Below are positions 1-8,485 of a stretch of DNA of 32,000 bases, piece by piece (position 1 is the first letter of the stretch; each line of letters begins with the position of its first letter). The notes beneath the pieces are model-generated. The model made no database searches. It was not told the DNA's origin and was given only the letters and a program-made list of their open reading frames with translations. This DNA comes from Thaumarchaeota archaeon casp-thauma3 (GTDB taxonomy: Archaea > Thermoproteota > Nitrososphaeria > Nitrososphaerales > Nitrosopumilaceae): assembly GCA_001510275.1 (NCBI GenBank), contig LFEY01000021.1:18414-50413 (forward strand), written 5' to 3'. A program made the position numbers and the translations under genes.

Positions 1-1119
1 CAGAATAAAATATTCAGAAAAATTCAACCAAAAATTAATTCAAATGTTAAAGAAGAATCTATAGACTGCGAAGGTCTTCTATTAATTCCTGGATTCATTA
101 ATGCTCATACACACATAGGTGATTCCATTGGAAAAGATGTTACACTAGATAATTCTGTTGATAAAAAAATTCATCCTGTATTTGGAGCCAAAGCAAAAAT
201 TCTTAAAAATACTTCTCAAGAAAATTTAGCCAATTTTATGAAAAATACATGTCATTCAATGATTCGAAAAGGGATCACTACATTTGTTGATTTTAGAGAA
301 GGTGGATTAGATGGGGTTATTTTACTCAAAAAAGTATTATCTGATATTCCTTTACGTTCAATTATTCTAGGTAGAATTGAATTTTATCAAGGCTCCACTG
401 AAATCAAACAAAATCTATCTTTTCCTAAAGAAAAAATTGAAGATCTTACTACACTCCTCAAAAAATGTGATGGAATTGGTATAAGTGGTGCAAATGAAAA
501 TAGCACATCAGTACTAAATTATTATTCAAAAACGACAAAACTTAGAGCCATACATTCTTCTGAAACTAAACAAAGTGTTTCTGTCTCAAAGAAAATTACT
601 GGAAAATCTGAAACAATTCGAGCTTTATCTCTAAAACCTCATTTTTTAGTTCACATGACTTATGCTTCAAAAAATGATCTTTCTACTGTTGCAAAGAAAA
701 CTAGAGGAATTGTAATCTGTCCAAGAGCCAATTCGTCACTAGCTGAGGGAATCCCGGACATAGAATTGATGAAAAAGGCAGGATGTACGATAGCTTTAGG
801 CACAGATAATATAATGATAAATTCTCCTGACATGTTTAGAGAGATGGATTTTCTTTGGAAAGTAACTATGGGGCTTCACAAAAAAAGAATCGATCCTAAA
901 GAAATTCTTAAAATGGCTACAGTAAATGGAGGAAAAATTTTAAAAAAAGACATTGGAGTAATTGAAATTGGAAAAATTGCTGATTGTATTTTTCTTGACA
1001 AACATGCATTAGATTTAGAACCAATGCACAATCCATATGCATCAATTGTTCATCGAGCATCAGAATCTACAATTAAAGCAGTAATGATTGGAGGTAAAAT
1101 TGTACATGGAAAAATCTAA
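1..1119 (+). CDS. Metal-dependent amidohydrolase, COG0402-type deaminase/chlorohydrolase family (MtaD/DadD/guanine-deaminase-like); 5' end outside window
   Basis: Frame 1 is open from nt 1 (I translated nt 1-240 and found no stop), so the gene starts upstream of the track Met at 238. nt 88-120 encode PGFINAHTHIG (HxH metal site; His codons 106-108 and 112-114). Family landmarks AIHSSET, LVHMTY, ICPRANSSL and ALGTDN follow in the expected order. Confidence 0.85.
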   Translation, partial: QNKIFRKIQPKINSNVKEESIDCEGLLLIPGFINAHTHIGDSIGKDVTLDNSVDKKIHPVFGAKAKILKNTSQENLANFMKNTCHSMIRKGITTFVDFREGGLDGVILLKKVLSDIPLRSIILGRIEFYQGSTEIKQNLSFPKEKIEDLTTLLKKCDGIGISGANENSTSVLNYYSKTTKLRAIHSSETKQSVSVSKKITGKSETIRALSLKPHFLVHMTYASKNDLSTVAKKTRGIVICPRANSSLAEGIPDIELMKKAGCTIALGTDNIMINSPDMFREMDFLWKVTMGLHKKRIDPKEILKMATVNGGKILKKDIGVIEIGKIADCIFLDKHALDLEPMHNPYASIVHRASESTIKAVMIGGKIVHGKI

Positions 1120-1762
1120 ACCTTATGTAATTATGAGTGCAGCAATATCCATTGATGGAAAAATTGCTACTAAAAAAGGTGATTCAAAACTATCTTCTAA
1201 ACAAGATAGTGTAAGACTTCATAAACTAAGATCTAATGTGGATGCAATTCTTGTTGGAAAAAATACAGTTTTACGAGATAATCCTTTGTTAACTGTACGA
1301 CACACTAGAGGGAAAAATCCAATTAGGATAATTTTAGATTCTAAAGGTAGTATACCTAAAAACTCAAAAATTCTACAAACAAGTAATGAAATTCCAACAA
1401 TAATAGCTGTATCAAAGAAAATTAGTAAATCCAATTTTAATAAACTACACAGATTTCCTGTGGAAGTAATTGTTACTGGAGAAAATTCTGTAAATATTAA
1501 ATCATTACTGAAAAAACTTTCAGATAAAAAAATTAATACGATTCTTGTTGAAGGTGGTGGAACTGTAAACTGGGAATTTATTAAACAAAATCTTTTCGAT
1601 GAATTGATTATTACTTTATCACCATTTTTAATTGGAGGAAACAATGCAATTTCTTTTGTTCGTGGGCAAGGTTTTGATAAAATTTCAAATTCACCTAATC
1701 TTCACCTCAAGTCTATTAAGAGGCTCAAAAATCACCTTGTTTTGTATTATGTCAAGGTGTAA
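1106..1762 (+). CDS. arfC: 2,5-diamino-6-(ribosylamino)-4(3H)-pyrimidinone 5'-phosphate reductase (RibD C-terminal/ArfC-type reductase domain only)
   Basis: MSAAISIDGKIA, LHKLRSNVDAILVGKNTVLRDNPLLTVR and ILVEGGGTVNWEF are typical of the RibD_C reductase domain. No cytidine-deaminase-like domain is present. ATG at 1106 is preferred over the track TTG at 1088; it overlaps the upstream stop (1117-1119) by 14 nt. Confidence 0.85.
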   Translation: MEKSKPYVIMSAAISIDGKIATKKGDSKLSSKQDSVRLHKLRSNVDAILVGKNTVLRDNPLLTVRHTRGKNPIRIILDSKGSIPKNSKILQTSNEIPTIIAVSKKISKSNFNKLHRFPVEVIVTGENSVNIKSLLKKLSDKKINTILVEGGGTVNWEFIKQNLFDELIITLSPFLIGGNNAISFVRGQGFDKISNSPNLHLKSIKRLKNHLVLYYVKV

Positions 1763-1770
1763 GTTATATA
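1763..1770 (+). promoter_or_regulatory. TATA-like box (gttatata) about 30 nt upstream of the TTG start at 1798
   Basis: Sequence and spacing fit an archaeal TATA box for a leaderless or near-leaderless transcript. It lies directly after the arfC stop. Confidence 0.45.
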
Positions 1771-1797
1771 CCTAATTTGAAATAAAATTACAAGAAA

Positions 1798-2061
1798 TTG
1801 GCAGTAAAAAAGAAAGCAACAAAAAGAAAAACTACAACAAAAAAGAAGGCTACAACAAAAAAGAGGGTTGTATCAAAAAAGAAAGCTACTACAAAAAAGA
1901 AAGCTAAATCAAAAAAACCCGCATTTGGTGGATATGCAATAAATTTTGCAGGTCGTGAAGAAACTGTAGAGCAAGTATTTGGAAACAAACCAATTGCACC
2001 AAGTGAAATGACTAAAAGAATTTGGACATTTGTAAAATCAAAAAGCCTTTCTAACCGTTAA
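1798..2061 (+). CDS. Small basic protein: Lys-rich repeat tail + truncated SWIB/MDM2-like segment
   Basis: TTG start, with no in-frame ATG near the 5' end. The first ~45 aa are KKKATTKK-type repeats. The C-terminal VEQVFGNKPIAPSEMTKRIWTFVKSKSL resembles the first half of a SWIB domain (G..p.sR.e..K.iW.YIK...L), and the ORF stops where the second half would begin. Confidence 0.6.
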   Translation: MAVKKKATKRKTTTKKKATTKKRVVSKKKATTKKKAKSKKPAFGGYAINFAGREETVEQVFGNKPIAPSEMTKRIWTFVKSKSLSNR

Positions 2062-2130
2062 ATCTACTGGTTAATGAAAATCCGTTAACTAATTTCTATC
2101 TTTTAATTATTTATCTTAAAATGAATAAGG

Positions 2131-2138
2131 TATAGATA
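2131..2138 (+). promoter_or_regulatory. TATA-like box (tatagata) centred about 26 nt upstream of ATG 2161
   Basis: Spacing is consistent with a leaderless hemerythrin transcript. Confidence 0.4.
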
Positions 2139-2160
2139 TTAGGTTTTTTCTAAAATTACT

Positions 2161-2718
2161 ATGTCAACTACATCATTAAGACGAGATCATGACTTGATAG
2201 AAAAAGTCATCAAAGCAATGGAATCTACTATTCAATTGCTAAATGATGGTAAACAAATTCCTGAATCAATTTTACTTCCAGTAATTGATTTTTCAAAAAA
2301 CTTTACAGATGTTTGTCATCACAGTAAAGAAGAAAAATCATTGTTTCCTGCATTAGAACAAGCTGGAATGCCCAGTAATATGGGACCTATTGCAATGATG
2401 TTAATTGATCATCAACGTACAAGAGAAATTGGAACTCAAATGGAAGGGTCTGCTAAAGAATATCTTTTATCAGGAGATTCTACAAAATTGATTAGTGATA
2501 TGCAACAATACGTTGAACATGTTGCAGAACATCTCTGGAAAGAAAATAATAAATTATTCATGATGGCAGAAGCACGATTGCAATATGTTTCCGAAAAAGT
2601 CGATAAAGAACTTAATGAAATTGAGGAATCAAAACTCAAAGATTTGGGAAAACCAAGAGAACATTATGAACAATTAGCTGAAAATCTTACAAGAGATGTA
2701 TCTCATCAAGGAAATTAG
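2161..2718 (+). CDS. Hemerythrin-like (HHE cation-binding) domain protein
   Basis: His/Glu-rich helix signatures DHDLIEKV, CHHSKEE, LIDHQRTRE and VEHVAEHLWKEN are spaced as in hemerythrin-like four-helix bundles. Confidence 0.75.
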   Translation: MSTTSLRRDHDLIEKVIKAMESTIQLLNDGKQIPESILLPVIDFSKNFTDVCHHSKEEKSLFPALEQAGMPSNMGPIAMMLIDHQRTREIGTQMEGSAKEYLLSGDSTKLISDMQQYVEHVAEHLWKENNKLFMMAEARLQYVSEKVDKELNEIEESKLKDLGKPREHYEQLAENLTRDVSHQGN

Positions 2719-2720
2719 AT

Positions 2721-3008
2721 TTGTCTTATAGCTTATTTGGTCAAGTAATGGGAGTTAGAAAATTTACTAATGGTGATATTGAGGTAGATTTCTACCATGA
2801 AGACAAAATTACTGAATATAGATATTCTTCAGATCCTAGTAGATTAAACAATTTTCCAAAGGAATTAGCTGAAACTTTGGCCTCTACTTTGGCTACCAAT
2901 ATCTGTATTGAGATCTATTTTGGTGATGATGGAAATCCCACACATGTTGAGTTAGAAGAATGTGATGATGATTTAGAAGATGATGCATCTGACGAGGACC
3001 TTGTATAG
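2721..3008 (+). CDS. Small hypothetical protein with strongly acidic C-terminus
   Basis: The ORF starts (TTG 2721; alternative ATG 2748) 2 nt after the hemerythrin stop. It ends ELEECDDDLEDDASDEDLV. No recognisable domain. Confidence 0.5.
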   Translation: MSYSLFGQVMGVRKFTNGDIEVDFYHEDKITEYRYSSDPSRLNNFPKELAETLASTLATNICIEIYFGDDGNPTHVELEECDDDLEDDASDEDLV

Positions 3009-3165
3009 CAGGAATCATGAACTCTAAATGCATTTCAAAGCTCAAGGCGTTCCCAAAATCTCACTGATCTTCACTCCCTAAACTAATGTCATCGAGTGTC
3101 CTCGTCATTACATATTATGTAAAAATAATACTTGAGGAATTCTCTAATTTTCACTTGTGAAAAAT

Positions 3166-4569
3166 CTATTCTACGTAGTGATGATGTGTAAGATTATCGT
3201 AAAATCTAACTGATTTTAAGTTTACAAATTCTAACATTCCATATCTTGATAATTCTCTGCCAAATCCACTGTGTTTTATTCCTCCAAATGGAATTCTAGG
3301 ATCTGAAATTACTACATTATTAACACTTACAATTCCTGATTCAATTCGTCTGGACATTTTATCTGCTTTTGCAAGATCTTGTGTCCAAATACTTGCACCT
3401 AAACCAAATTCACTATCATTAGCTAATTTGATTGCCTCACTTTCATTCTCTACTATTGTAATTGGTGCTACTGGTCCGAATGTTTCTTCTTTTGCAATTC
3501 TCATATCTGGTTTAATATTTGTAAGAATTGTTGGTTTATAGAAAAATCCTTTACCTTCAATCTCAGAACCTCCCAAAAGAACTTCAGCACCTTTTTCTTT
3601 TGCATCTTCTACAATTCCAGAAATTGTTTCTAGTCCTTCTTTGTTTGAAATTGGCCCAATATCTGTTTCCATAGATGTAGGATCTCCAATTTTGAGTTGT
3701 GATGCTTTTTTGATAAATAATTCAGTGAAATCTTTTGCAATATTTTTTCCAACAAAAAATCTTTTTGAAGCAACACAACTTTGACCACAATTGATGAATC
3801 TACCCTTTACTGCTCCTTCTGCTGCTTTTTCAATAATCGCATCATCTAATACTATGAAGGGATCACTTCCACCTAACTCTAATACACATTTTTTCAAATT
3901 CTTTGCAGCTCTTTCACCTACTTTTGCTCCTGCACTTGTACTTCCAGTAAAGGTTACAGCATTAACATCAGAATCAATTAGGTGGTTTGCTGAATCTACG
4001 CTTCCTACCACTGTCTGAAAAATTCCATCAGGTATGCCTGATTCAGTAAATGCTTTTTCAATTTCAATTCCTGATTGCATTGTTATCCTGGATGGTTTCA
4101 TCACAATTACATTTCCTGCCATTAAACATGGAGCTGCAAATCTTAGTGCTTGCCAATAAGGAAAATTCCAAGGCATGATAGAACCAATTACTCCTAATGG
4201 TTCAAAAGATAGAAAACTTTTTCTCGCATCTGTATTTAATACTTCATCAGAAAGAAAACTATCACCATGATCCGCATAAAATTCTAATGCCCAAGCACAT
4301 TTTTCAACTTCTCCAATTGATTCTTTGAGTGGTTTACCCATTTCAGTTGTTGCAACTTTTGCAAGTTTTGTTTTGTTTTTCTTAAGATGTTCTACTAAAT
4401 TGTAAATATAGCTTCTACGTTTTTCATAATCTTTCTTCCATTCTGGATATGCTCTTTTTGCTTTTCCTACTAGATCAAATACTTGATTTTTATCCATTGC
4501 AGAAAATGTTGCAATTTCTTCACCTGTAGCTGGATTTGTCGTAGTGATTTGGTTCAAGGATATACCCAC
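3166..4569 (-). CDS. NAD(P)-dependent aldehyde dehydrogenase (succinate-semialdehyde dehydrogenase/GabD-like)
   Basis: ALDH landmarks are present: TNPATGE near the N-terminus, FTGSTSAG, ELGGSDP (catalytic Glu) and FINCGQSCVASKR (catalytic Cys). The GTG start (4567-4569) is needed to include the conserved N-terminus. Substrate cannot be determined from sequence. Confidence 0.85.
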   Translation of the reverse strand: MGISLNQITTTNPATGEEIATFSAMDKNQVFDLVGKAKRAYPEWKKDYEKRRSYIYNLVEHLKKNKTKLAKVATTEMGKPLKESIGEVEKCAWALEFYADHGDSFLSDEVLNTDARKSFLSFEPLGVIGSIMPWNFPYWQALRFAAPCLMAGNVIVMKPSRITMQSGIEIEKAFTESGIPDGIFQTVVGSVDSANHLIDSDVNAVTFTGSTSAGAKVGERAAKNLKKCVLELGGSDPFIVLDDAIIEKAAEGAVKGRFINCGQSCVASKRFFVGKNIAKDFTELFIKKASQLKIGDPTSMETDIGPISNKEGLETISGIVEDAKEKGAEVLLGGSEIEGKGFFYKPTILTNIKPDMRIAKEETFGPVAPITIVENESEAIKLANDSEFGLGASIWTQDLAKADKMSRRIESGIVSVNNVVISDPRIPFGGIKHSGFGRELSRYGMLEFVNLKSVRFYDNLTHHHYVE

Positions 4570-4611
4570 CTATTTCTCCTATTTAATTCAGTAACTTGTT
4601 TTCAGATCTAA

Positions 4612-5127
4612 TTAGAATATTTGCTGCATATCCTTTTTCATTTCATCAATTTTCTTTGAATATGCTTTTTTGGATTTGTCATTCTTTTTTAGATTTAGAA
4701 CATTTCCACATGTTGGACATTTGAACATACCATCAAGCGCATTTTCAAAGGTCACTCTTGGACAATCTTCATTACCACAATGATAAAAGTCAGAAGCATT
4801 TTCATAATCTAATCTTTGTTGCAATCTTTCTGTAATTTTCTTTTTTTGATTCTCGATAAAATGTTCAACTTCTTCTCTTCGGGTTCTCCATCTGTATACA
4901 AACCAGCCTTTTCTTTCATCTTTTACTCTAATTCCAGTAATGAGTGATTTTCCAAATAAATCATACAATACTTTTCTTACCATGTTGATTCTAAGTCCTG
5001 TAGAACTTGCAATTTCTTCGTCGGTTGCATCTTCTGCTTTTAGCAAAGATCTTGCTACTTTGAGGTATTCATTTCCTCCAATCATTGAAGCAATTCTAAC
5101 AAAAGGGTCTTCATACTTGTCTACCAA
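4612..5127 (-). CDS. tfe: Transcription factor E (TFE-alpha, TFIIE-alpha homologue)
   Basis: Winged helix (ATDEEIASSTGLRINMVRKVLYDLF...GWFVYRW) followed by a zinc ribbon (CGNEDCPRVTF...FKCPTCGNVL). Confidence 0.85.
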   Translation of the reverse strand: MVDKYEDPFVRIASMIGGNEYLKVARSLLKAEDATDEEIASSTGLRINMVRKVLYDLFGKSLITGIRVKDERKGWFVYRWRTRREEVEHFIENQKKKITERLQQRLDYENASDFYHCGNEDCPRVTFENALDGMFKCPTCGNVLNLKKNDKSKKAYSKKIDEMKKDMQQIF

Positions 5128-5153
5128 CTCTGTTCCATCCCAATTTTCTATTA

Positions 5154-5699
5154 TTAATCTCTTGTTTCTTTTACTTGCACATTTTTACCCTTTTTTGTCG
5201 GTATGATCTTCCTTCTCGCATCTGGAAATACCTTCTCAAATTGTTCGCCTTTTTGGATACGATCTAAAAGTATTGCCAACGCACTGATCTCTGAGTGAGG
5301 TTGATTCCCAACTCCTACATTATAGTCTGCTAGTTCATAAATTTCTCTTGGGACTTTTTCAGCACCTACAACAACTAATAGATTTTCTTCTTTTCGAAGC
5401 TTGTCTTGTACATCATTAATGCTTTCTCCATACATTGTAAGATGTACAACTCTAAAGTTTTCTTCCTTTTTCTTTTTTACAATGGATTTCCATTTATCAA
5501 TAAATTCAATCACAAAATTCCCTCCCCAGGTTTTATTGATCTTTTCTAGAGTATCTTTAATTTCAGGATTAATTTCAGTCATGAAAATTCTCTCCACTCC
5601 AAATGCCCTTGAAACTAGTGCAACATGCGTTGTAACTCTATCATCTCTTACAAGACGTTGTCCTATTCTAACTACCTCAATTACCAAATGATTCTGCAA
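5154..5699 (-). CDS. trm56: tRNA (cytidine56-2'-O)-methyltransferase aTrm56 (SPOUT family)
   Basis: [26 protein letters not shown] matches the aTrm56 N-terminal signature (RxGHRxxRDxRxTTHVxLxARAFGA). Length of ~180 aa is typical. The TTG start overlaps the hflX 3' end by 23 nt. Confidence 0.8.
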   Translation of the reverse strand: MQNHLVIEVVRIGQRLVRDDRVTTHVALVSRAFGVERIFMTEINPEIKDTLEKINKTWGGNFVIEFIDKWKSIVKKKKEENFRVVHLTMYGESINDVQDKLRKEENLLVVVGAEKVPREIYELADYNVGVGNQPHSEISALAILLDRIQKGEQFEKVFPDARRKIIPTKKGKNVQVKETRD

Positions 5700-6798
5700 C
5701 TCCTTCCAAAGAATTTCTATTGAATTTCTGTGAATTTTGACTTTCTATAACATCTTTGATTAATTCTTTTAATTCCTTAATATTTTCACCTGTTTTTGCA
5801 GAAACTGAAATCACCTTTTCATTTTCAGTCAAATTAAGAAAATCAATTTTTCGTTGAATCTCTTCTTTTTTTTGCAAATCTGTTTTGTTAAATGCATATA
5901 CTACCTTGTCTTTTTCTACTCCTAATTCACTTAATGTTCTCATACAACTTGAAAACTTCTTTTTTAATTCAAACACTGAATCATTAATGTCAATTACTAA
6001 AATAATGATATCTGTATGTACTAATTCTTCTAAAGTTGATTTGAATGCATCTATCATATATGCCGGCAATTTGCTGATAAAGCCAACTGTATCTGAGATT
6101 AAGAATGGCTCTTGATTAATTATTAATCTTCGTATAGTTGTAGTGAGGGTTGTAAAGAGTTCTTTACTCTGAGTTTTTGCTTCTCCTGTTGTTTTGTTAA
6201 ACAACGTTGTTTTCCCTGAAGACGTATATCCTGCTAGTGAGATTGTCTTGAATCCCATCCTCTTTCTTCCTTGTCTATGAAGATCCCTTTGTTTTCCAGC
6301 CTTTTCAAGTTTAGATCTTACTGTCTGCATTCTGTGTTTGATATCATTATAGTAAACATCAATCTCAAATTTTCCTATTCCCATAAACCCTGGTTGCTCA
6401 CCCATGCTTGAAAGGCGAACTTTTTCTTTTGCTCGAACCATCTCATATCTTAATTGCGCTAATTTTACTTGCAATTTTGATTCTGCACTTGATGCCCTAC
6501 TTTCAAAAATTTCAAGAATTAATCCCTCTCTATCTAAAACTTCTCTATGTAAAACTGATGCTAGGCTATAGTTTTGATGTGGTTTTAAAATTTCATCAAA
6601 TACAATTACATCTGGTCTAAGTTTTTCTGATAATTCTTCCAGTTTTTCTAAAGCTCCACCACTAATTCCGTATTTTGGTTTTTGTAGAAAATTTTGTGTA
6701 ATTGTATGAACTACCTCATATCCTGCAGCATCGCATAATCCTTTGGCCTCATTAATTGCATCCTCTCTATTATATGTGATTAAAATTGCCGACTTCAT
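5677..6798 (-). CDS. hflX: GTPase HflX
   Basis: An HflX-type N-terminal domain plus a G domain: [12 protein letters not shown] (G1), DTVGF (G3), NKTD (G4). Confidence 0.85.
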   Translation of the reverse strand: MKSAILITYNREDAINEAKGLCDAAGYEVVHTITQNFLQKPKYGISGGALEKLEELSEKLRPDVIVFDEILKPHQNYSLASVLHREVLDREGLILEIFESRASSAESKLQVKLAQLRYEMVRAKEKVRLSSMGEQPGFMGIGKFEIDVYYNDIKHRMQTVRSKLEKAGKQRDLHRQGRKRMGFKTISLAGYTSSGKTTLFNKTTGEAKTQSKELFTTLTTTIRRLIINQEPFLISDTVGFISKLPAYMIDAFKSTLEELVHTDIIILVIDINDSVFELKKKFSSCMRTLSELGVEKDKVVYAFNKTDLQKKEEIQRKIDFLNLTENEKVISVSAKTGENIKELKELIKDVIESQNSQKFNRNSLEGVAESFGN

Positions 6799-6855
6799 TC
6801 TAATTCAATATTTTTAGTATAATTCACGTTAAAGATTCTACCTGTTTTTGATAAA

Positions 6856-7902
6856 TTATACAGCTTTTTTTAATGTTTTTTCTATATTCATATTCAATAC
6901 AATTTCTGCTATGTCACTAGCATACTCAGAAATCCTTCTAATATTTTCACTCATTCTTCTAACTCTGTAAATTTCCTCATCATCTTTTAGTGATTTTGAA
7001 GCATCTCTAACTCTTTTCTCATACTTGACAATTTCATTTGTTTTTTTAATGGTTTTTTCTGCTTGTGCATAATCTTCTTTGAATAGTGCCAGACATGAAT
7101 CATCTAAAACCGATAGACAAAACTCATTCATATCCTGCAGTTTTTCTAAAATCTCTTTTTTGACTGATTTTTTGAACTCTAGAAGATCTTTTGCAATAAA
7201 TGCTGCATGATCTCCTGTTCTCTCTATATTTTTTACAACTAGCCTATATCCAAGGCAATTTCTAGCATTTCTAAAACCCATTTCTTTTAGCATATGTTCA
7301 TTTTGTATTGCTATCTTTAATTGACGAATAATGTAAAATCCAAACTTGTCTACCTCATCATCAGTATTGATTACTTCTTGAGCCAACTCTAAATTATTCT
7401 CCTTTACTGCTAAAATTGCATCACTAGACATTGATTTAGCTAAGTGAATCATTCTTTTGAATGCCCCATCAACTGATAATTCTAGTAAATTGACAAGAAC
7501 CTGTACTGTAATTTCTCCACTTGAATCAGAAATAATTTCAGAACCCATCAACATTCGCTTAACGGCCCCTTTTACAGTGTTTCTTTGATTTGGACTTAAT
7601 CTACCATTTTTTGGTTTAACATTAATCGTTTTGAATCCCAAAAAATACAAAGAAATTAATTTTCTAACAATAGAAGATCCTTCTTCTTCACCATCAATCT
7701 CTATTGTCGCATCTTCTTTTTTTTGGGTACGAGATTCAAATTTTGGTGGATAAAGTTCTAATGTTGATGATCCTTTTCTAACTATTCTGATTTGGTCTCC
7801 TTGTTTTAGACCCAATTCTGTTATCCATTGTTTTGGCAATGAAATTATGTATGATGATTTTCCTGTAAATTGAATTTTCCTTGTTTCCCCATGTTCTTCC
7901 AT
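6856..7902 (-). CDS. AbrB/SpoVT-domain + PhoU-domain regulator (archaeal phosphate uptake regulator-like)
   Basis: An N-terminal swapped-hairpin DNA-binding motif (SYIISLPKQWITELGLKQGDQIRIV) is followed by two PhoU-like helical repeats (DDEVDKFGFYIIRQL; ISEYASDIAEIVL). Confidence 0.8.
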   Translation of the reverse strand: MEEHGETRKIQFTGKSSYIISLPKQWITELGLKQGDQIRIVRKGSSTLELYPPKFESRTQKKEDATIEIDGEEEGSSIVRKLISLYFLGFKTINVKPKNGRLSPNQRNTVKGAVKRMLMGSEIISDSSGEITVQVLVNLLELSVDGAFKRMIHLAKSMSSDAILAVKENNLELAQEVINTDDEVDKFGFYIIRQLKIAIQNEHMLKEMGFRNARNCLGYRLVVKNIERTGDHAAFIAKDLLEFKKSVKKEILEKLQDMNEFCLSVLDDSCLALFKEDYAQAEKTIKKTNEIVKYEKRVRDASKSLKDDEEIYRVRRMSENIRRISEYASDIAEIVLNMNIEKTLKKAV

Positions 7903-7925
7903 AATCTAAAGAAAAAAAACCAGTC

Positions 7926-7931
7926 TATATA
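7926..7931 (-). promoter_or_regulatory. TATA box (tatata) 24-29 nt upstream of the minus-strand ATG at 7902
   Basis: Spacing fits a leaderless transcript of the AbrB-PhoU gene. Confidence 0.5.
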
Positions 7932-7940
7932 GTTTGAGAT

Positions 7941-7975
7941 TTCTACTATTGTTTAATACTTCTACTATGGTTTAA
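7941..7975. promoter_or_regulatory. Tandem direct repeat TTCTACTATTGTTTAA / TTCTACTATGGTTTAA (19-nt period, 15/16 identical) between two divergent promoters
   Basis: Copies at 7941-7956 and 7960-7975, read directly from the sequence. They lie between the TATA box of the AbrB-PhoU gene (7926-7931) and a TATA-like taatattta (7984-7992) serving the PUA gene. Confidence 0.5.
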
Positions 7976-8011
7976 CATTGAACTAATATTTAGAAAAGAT
8001 TGCCTACACAT

Positions 8012-8485
8012 ATGGACCAAATTCTAAAGCTTCAGCATTCACTGGATGCATTATTTGGAAATGGTGTATCCAAATATTTACCAAAAGGTGTTGAAATGGT
8101 CTTTTCACGAAAGACAGGAAGAATAAGGACTGTTTCACATAAAGGAAAATTATTATGCACTTTGAGAATTGATGGTGGTTTAGCAATTAGTCCTTATTTT
8201 GCTCAAATTTTACTGAAAAGTAAACCATTTCGAGAAAACTGTATTGAGATAAATAAAGATGCTGCCCCATTTGTTATGGAAGGAAGATCTGTATTTTGTA
8301 AACATGTAGTATGGTGTGGAAAAAAAGTGCGTATTTCTGCTGACACTCCAGTATTATTCAAAAATAAAGTCATTGCAGTTGGCAAGGCTGTTCTATCATG
8401 TGAGATGATTTTAGATTTTGATAGGGGTGTAGCAATTAAGGTTAGAGATAGTTTAAAAAGTCGTAACGAGGAAATAAAATCATGA
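8012..8485 (+). CDS. PUA-domain protein resembling the C-terminal C2+PUA region of archaeosine tRNA-guanine transglycosylase
   Basis: IDGGLAISPYFAQILL (C2-like) is followed by DAAPFVMEGRSVFCKHVVWCGKKVRISADTPVLFKNKVIAVGKAVLSCEMILDFDRGVAIKVR (PUA pattern). ATG 8012 is preferred over TTG 8000 because the TATA-like element sits about 24 nt upstream of 8012. Confidence 0.6.
   Translation: MDQILKLQHSLDALFGNGVSKYLPKGVEMVFSRKTGRIRTVSHKGKLLCTLRIDGGLAISPYFAQILLKSKPFRENCIEINKDAAPFVMEGRSVFCKHVVWCGKKVRISADTPVLFKNKVIAVGKAVLSCEMILDFDRGVAIKVRDSLKSRNEEIKS

Noticed and set aside
1788-1988. A 66-aa minus-strand ORF opposite the Lys-rich gene. Similar antisense track ORFs: 1219-1644, 3791-4018, 8203-8562, 17847-18230, 20721-20963, 21829-22146, 22999-23301, 24408-24686 and 31341-31715.
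   Set aside because: Each lies wholly inside a well-supported gene on the other strand. Each has the Phe/Leu/Ser/Ile-rich composition typical of antisense reading of AT-rich coding DNA.
3009-3165. Slightly GC-richer convergent intergenic region examined for a structured ncRNA or hairpin terminator.
   Set aside because: Only a 4-bp stem (cgag/ctcg around 3100) could be found. There are no box motifs and no extended complementarity.
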